Shown one piece after another: positions 60,279-64,000 of a stretch of DNA of 64,000 bases. The position numbers and the translations under genes are program-made. Numbering within the stretch: the first letter of the stretch is position 1; each line of letters starts with the position of its first letter. The stretch spans positions 320,001 through 384,000 of the forward strand of contig OY970172.1 in NCBI GenBank assembly GCA_963707655.1. The letters are read 5' to 3'. The stretch is from an uncultured bacterium. Lineage in GTDB: Bacteria > Babelota > Babeliae > Babelales > Vermiphilaceae. The notes below the pieces were generated by a model. The model saw only the letters and a program-made list of their open reading frames with translations. It did no database searches and was not told the DNA's origin.

Positions 60279-61040
60279 ATGGAGCATAATAATAACATTG
60301 ACACATTAATTTTTGATCTCTTTGGCGTTCTGTTCAAGTTTGATACAATTCCCTCTATCCGCTATTTGGGCATTTGTGATATTATCTGGTACTACTTCAG
60401 ATTTCAACAAAACCCTTTTAAACGCGCATTGAATGTTTTAGATAAAATGCGTCGGGAAGTCCCTGGTGAATATCAAGATCTCATGACCTATAAAGGGGAG
60501 CATCTTTTGCCTGAAAGCTTTGTAAATTGGCAAAAAGGATACACCTCTCGCGCCGAAATGGTCAGCAAAATACATCGTTACATACATCTTTTACAGAGCG
60601 AGAATTATTTTGTTAATGATTATGATAGAAAATCAATAGAAAGCCTTCTCATGCTTTTTGCCCATCCATCGCAATTAATTGATTCCTTCTACCCTCCCTC
60701 ATATATCATTGATTTAATAGAAAAAATATATGCGCAAAAAAGATATAAACTCTATATTATATCTAATATCGACACAGAAACTTTTAATCTTATCTCAAAA
60801 AGATATGAATCATTTTTTGCACTTTTTGATGGCTTTGTTGCCTCATGCAACGTACATAAAATAAAGCCTGATCCCGCGATTTATGAGTATGCGATCCACA
60901 AATACAATCTGGTTCCGGAGCGGTGTTATTTTATTGATGATCAAAAAGAAAATATTCTTGCCGCACAAAAACTGGGCATCAATACGCTCTTGTGCCCCAA
61001 GCCAAGTAAACTTGCCGGAATACTGGAGCCCTTGTTATAA
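60279..61040 (+). CDS. HAD-like hydrolase
   Basis: IFDLFGVL, ISN, KPDPAIY, FIDD. Confidence 0.88.
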   Translation: MEHNNNIDTLIFDLFGVLFKFDTIPSIRYLGICDIIWYYFRFQQNPFKRALNVLDKMRREVPGEYQDLMTYKGEHLLPESFVNWQKGYTSRAEMVSKIHRYIHLLQSENYFVNDYDRKSIESLLMLFAHPSQLIDSFYPPSYIIDLIEKIYAQKRYKLYIISNIDTETFNLISKRYESFFALFDGFVASCNVHKIKPDPAIYEYAIHKYNLVPERCYFIDDQKENILAAQKLGINTLLCPKPSKLAGILEPLL

Positions 61041-61151
61041 AAAAGAGCTTGTAGCATAGTGAAAATGAGCTGCCATTTTTTTGCCATTCATTTACCCAAC
61101 ATACTATAGAAAATGTGCTGGGTAAGGTGAATAACAAAAAAAGCTTGGCTT

Positions 61152-62573
61152 CTAGTAGGATTTTGCCACTATAACGTCCCCCATGCTGGGACGATCACAA
61201 TTAAAGCAATCTAAAAAAGTTTTTTCCGGTAATAGACAGCGTGTTGTTGCCTGAAATTGTTTTAATTGTTTTTCGCACTCAGGCCGTTGGCACCAGCCCG
61301 TTTGATAAACCCCATTGTGCTCCATCAGTACAGGCCCGAAATCTTTTAATTTTTCAGCCTTGTGCCACTGACTCTCTTGGCGCTCTTTGGCTCGTTCAAA
61401 CATGGTCTTTTGAATTACTTCAAGACGATTTTTTACATAATCAGATACTTGGTCCAAAGAAACCGCTTCTTTCATCAATCCTAGACGGTCGGCAATAAGC
61501 GCATTGTTGCGCGCAATATCGCGCGGTCCAATTTCAAGGCGTAACGGCACGCCCTTTAATTCCCAATGCCAGAATTTGGCTCCGGGGGTTTTATTATCAT
61601 CAAGATCAATTTTGACGCGAACCCCATGAGCTGCAAGATTCTTTTCAATGCTGTGCGCAACATCTAAGACAGCATCTTTACTTTCCCCAGCCTTGAAAAT
61701 AGGGATAATAACCAATTGAATTGGCGCAATTTTTGGCGGTAATACCAATCCTTTTTGATCACCATGCACCATAACAACCGCACCGATTAAACGAGTCGTT
61801 GCTCCCCAACTTGTCAGATATGGGTGCGCAAGGGTACCGGTGCGATCTTGAAATTTGATATCAAAAGATACAGCGAAACTCTGAGACAGAAGATGCGAGG
61901 TGCCCATTTGCAAAGCCTTGCCATCTTGCATGACCCCTTCAAACGTTAAGGTTTTTTCTGCACCGGGGAACTTCTCTTGCTCAGATTTGGTTCCGGCAAT
62001 AACCGGTATTGCCAAATAGTTATGGGCAAGATCCACATACTCATCGAGCATGCGCTTGGTAAACGCCCATGCTTCATCTCGCGTTTCATGTGCCGTGTGG
62101 CCTTCCTGCCAGAAAAATTCGGTTGTTCTTAAGAATGCCCGGGGACGCATCTCCCAACGCACCACATTAGCCCATTGGTTAATTTTAAGCGGTAAATCGC
62201 GCCACGATGATATCCAGCGGGCAAACATATAGTGAATAATTGTTTCGGAAGTGGGCCTAATCACCAACGGTTCTTCAAGCTCTTTGCCTCCTGCGTGGGT
62301 TACCACCGCCAATTCAGGAGCAAATCCTTCAACATGCTCCGCTTCTCGCTTTAAAAATGATTCGGGAATAAGCAGAGGAAATGAGGCGTTTTGTGTGCCG
62401 GTTGCCTTAATTTTACTATCTAAAACATCTCTGATATGTTCCCATACGGCATAACCATAGGGGCGAATAACTATAGAGCCACGCACCGGTGATTGATCAG
62501 CAAACTCAGCAAGGTAAATTATTTCTTGATACCACTCATTAAACTGTTTTTTGATGTCTGGTAACTTATTCAT
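61152..62573 (-). CDS. proS: Prolyl-tRNA synthetase (archaeal/eukaryote-like type)
   Basis: EHVEGFAPE, RPTSET, FLRTTEFFWQEGHT, C-terminal AKSY. Confidence 0.97.
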   Translation of the reverse strand: MNKLPDIKKQFNEWYQEIIYLAEFADQSPVRGSIVIRPYGYAVWEHIRDVLDSKIKATGTQNASFPLLIPESFLKREAEHVEGFAPELAVVTHAGGKELEEPLVIRPTSETIIHYMFARWISSWRDLPLKINQWANVVRWEMRPRAFLRTTEFFWQEGHTAHETRDEAWAFTKRMLDEYVDLAHNYLAIPVIAGTKSEQEKFPGAEKTLTFEGVMQDGKALQMGTSHLLSQSFAVSFDIKFQDRTGTLAHPYLTSWGATTRLIGAVVMVHGDQKGLVLPPKIAPIQLVIIPIFKAGESKDAVLDVAHSIEKNLAAHGVRVKIDLDDNKTPGAKFWHWELKGVPLRLEIGPRDIARNNALIADRLGLMKEAVSLDQVSDYVKNRLEVIQKTMFERAKERQESQWHKAEKLKDFGPVLMEHNGVYQTGWCQRPECEKQLKQFQATTRCLLPEKTFLDCFNCDRPSMGDVIVAKSY

Positions 62574-62888
62574 ATTAGATACACTTTTTTCAATTAAGAT
62601 AAGATAACTCTATATTCTGATACGACAATAATATTAGTACAGAATATCCTATCGATCAAAATAAGTCATCTCGCGTTCATTTTTCTGCGTTAATTTTAAA
62701 TAAATACTATTTTTTTTATTATGTAGTCACTTCTTCATAAAACCGTCAAGCAGGTGTTTTTGATAAAACTCAATTTAGAAACTAATTATTTTTTTCAATT
62801 AATTGTTGATTTTCAAACAAGCAATTCTATAAGATGAAAGTAAGTAGAAGTTTCGATTGTTAATTTCTAAAAAAGGAAGGATTCACCC

Positions 62889-63032
62889 ATGGCAATCAAA
62901 CGCAAAGTCGCTAAGAAGGCAGTTAAGAGAGCTGCCCCTAAAAGAAAAGTGGCTAAAAAAGCAGTTAAAAAAACTGCTAAAAGAAAAGTAGCTAAAAAAG
63001 CGGTAAGAAGAACCGTTAAAAAAGCAGCGTAA
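62889..63032 (+). CDS. Histone H1-like lysine/alanine-rich protein (47 aa)
   Basis: Not in track. RBS aaggaagga; MAIKRKVAKKAVKRAAPKRKVAKKAVKKTAKRKVAKKAVRRTVKKAA. Confidence 0.85.
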   Translation: MAIKRKVAKKAVKRAAPKRKVAKKAVKKTAKRKVAKKAVRRTVKKAA

Positions 63033-63050
63033 GCTGTAAGCTACTCTTTA

Positions 63051-63092
63051 AAAATAAAATAGGCCTTTCTCGTAAAGGCCTATTTTATTTTT
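63051..63092. terminator. Bidirectional terminator
   Basis: aaaataaaataggccttt / aaaggcctattttatttt. Confidence 0.8.
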
Positions 63093-64000
63093 AAAACCCT
63101 TGTTTCTAACTCTTCCTGATAAAAGCAATACAGACCACACATGACCAAAATTAAAGTGGCCACAAAATAGCCTGATAATTGTTCATCAAAGAACAACCAA
63201 CCCAAGATAGCCGCAAATAACGGACACATAAAGCCGGCAAATGATAAAAAAGTAGCTGAATAGCGCTTTAAAAGATAGGCGTATAAGTTATAGCAAATCA
63301 CATTGGCAATTGTGATGAGCGCCAGCAAATAAACACCACTTAAAAGGAAAACCGTCCCTTTATTACCAATAAACGAAGCTAGCATATTTTCCCAGGGGCC
63401 AAGCTGCTGCCCCCCAATAATATGGGGCGCGCCTTCAATATATAATGAACTTATCAATGCTAAAAACCCACCGCCCAACATGGCGATGCCGTTAATGGTA
63501 AGCGGCGTATACTGGTATTCCTTCATCAAACGAAATACTAAAAGCCACCCATAACAGGCACTTGCCACGGCGAGTAACAATGCAAGCTCGGGAAAAGAGA
63601 CAAATGAGAAGTGGCCGACCAGGTCTTCAGTAACCGTTGACGAGAACAGCCAAGGAACAAGCGCAACAAGACCAAAAGCAAGGCCTAGCCATTTCTTGGC
63701 AGTTAATCGTTCATAACCGAGAAAAAATGCCATGAATGCGGTAATAAAAGGAGAAAAATTATAAATGAGTGCTGTTTTTGCGGAAGCGGTATATTGTAAT
63801 GCCCAAAATTCAGCTACATATGCTATGTAGATGTGAAAAAGAATAACTTGAAGCAACAACGGCCACGATCTTTTATTAATTTTGATCCCCGCCGTGTATG
63901 ATTCATAGCCAAGCAATAAAAACCCGGCAAGCAGCATGCGAATGCCGATGCACAAAAATGGCGGCAAAAATAAGAGTGTCGCTTTTGCTAAAGTAAAAGT
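63080..64000 (-). CDS. DMT/EamA family transporter (5' end probably outside window)
   Basis: Multiple TM helices, GIRMLLAG, two EamA-like halves. Confidence 0.88.
   Translation of the reverse strand, partial: TFTLAKATLLFLPPFLCIGIRMLLAGFLLLGYESYTAGIKINKRSWPLLLQVILFHIYIAYVAEFWALQYTASAKTALIYNFSPFITAFMAFFLGYERLTAKKWLGLAFGLVALVPWLFSSTVTEDLVGHFSFVSFPELALLLAVASACYGWLLVFRLMKEYQYTPLTINGIAMLGGGFLALISSLYIEGAPHIIGGQQLGPWENMLASFIGNKGTVFLLSGVYLLALITIANVICYNLYAYLLKRYSATFLSFAGFMCPLFAAILGWLFFDEQLSGYFVATLILVMCGLYCFYQEELETRVLKIK

Overview
An AT-rich bacterial chromosome segment. Housekeeping genes (dnaA, rpiB, trxB-trx fusion, pepA, thyX, ftsW, murD, ileS, rplI, dnaB, ruvC, recF, dnaN, a Xer recombinase, proS, tRNA-Arg-CCT) are interspersed with many orphan signal-peptide proteins and eukaryote-like repeat proteins. 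This pattern suggests a protist-infecting intracellular bacterium, probably Dependentiae/TM6 (inference, not proven). Main candidate system: an operon-like array of six paralogous secreted proteins (38647-44929). Each has a signal peptide, an acidic region, an NLS-like basic patch and 4-7 tandem ~40-aa C-x2-C-x12-H-x5-H zinc fingers (34 in total). The fingers vary mainly at the recognition-helix positions and appear shuffled between paralogs, so this is a candidate modular, TALE-like zinc-finger effector family. Further relatives lie at 30170-31042, 49000-49614 and a pseudogene at 48077-48422. Other highlights: a secreted WASP/RickA-like protein (poly-Pro, WH2, acidic-Trp tail); an unannotated ~110-nt sRNA with an anti-Shine-Dalgarno seed complementary to the ruvC RBS; a canonical-looking dif site close to dnaN/recF/dnaB; a protease-dead FtsH-like ATPase; and small ORFs missing from the track, including a histone H1-like protein. 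All functions are inferred by eye from motifs. No database searches were run.
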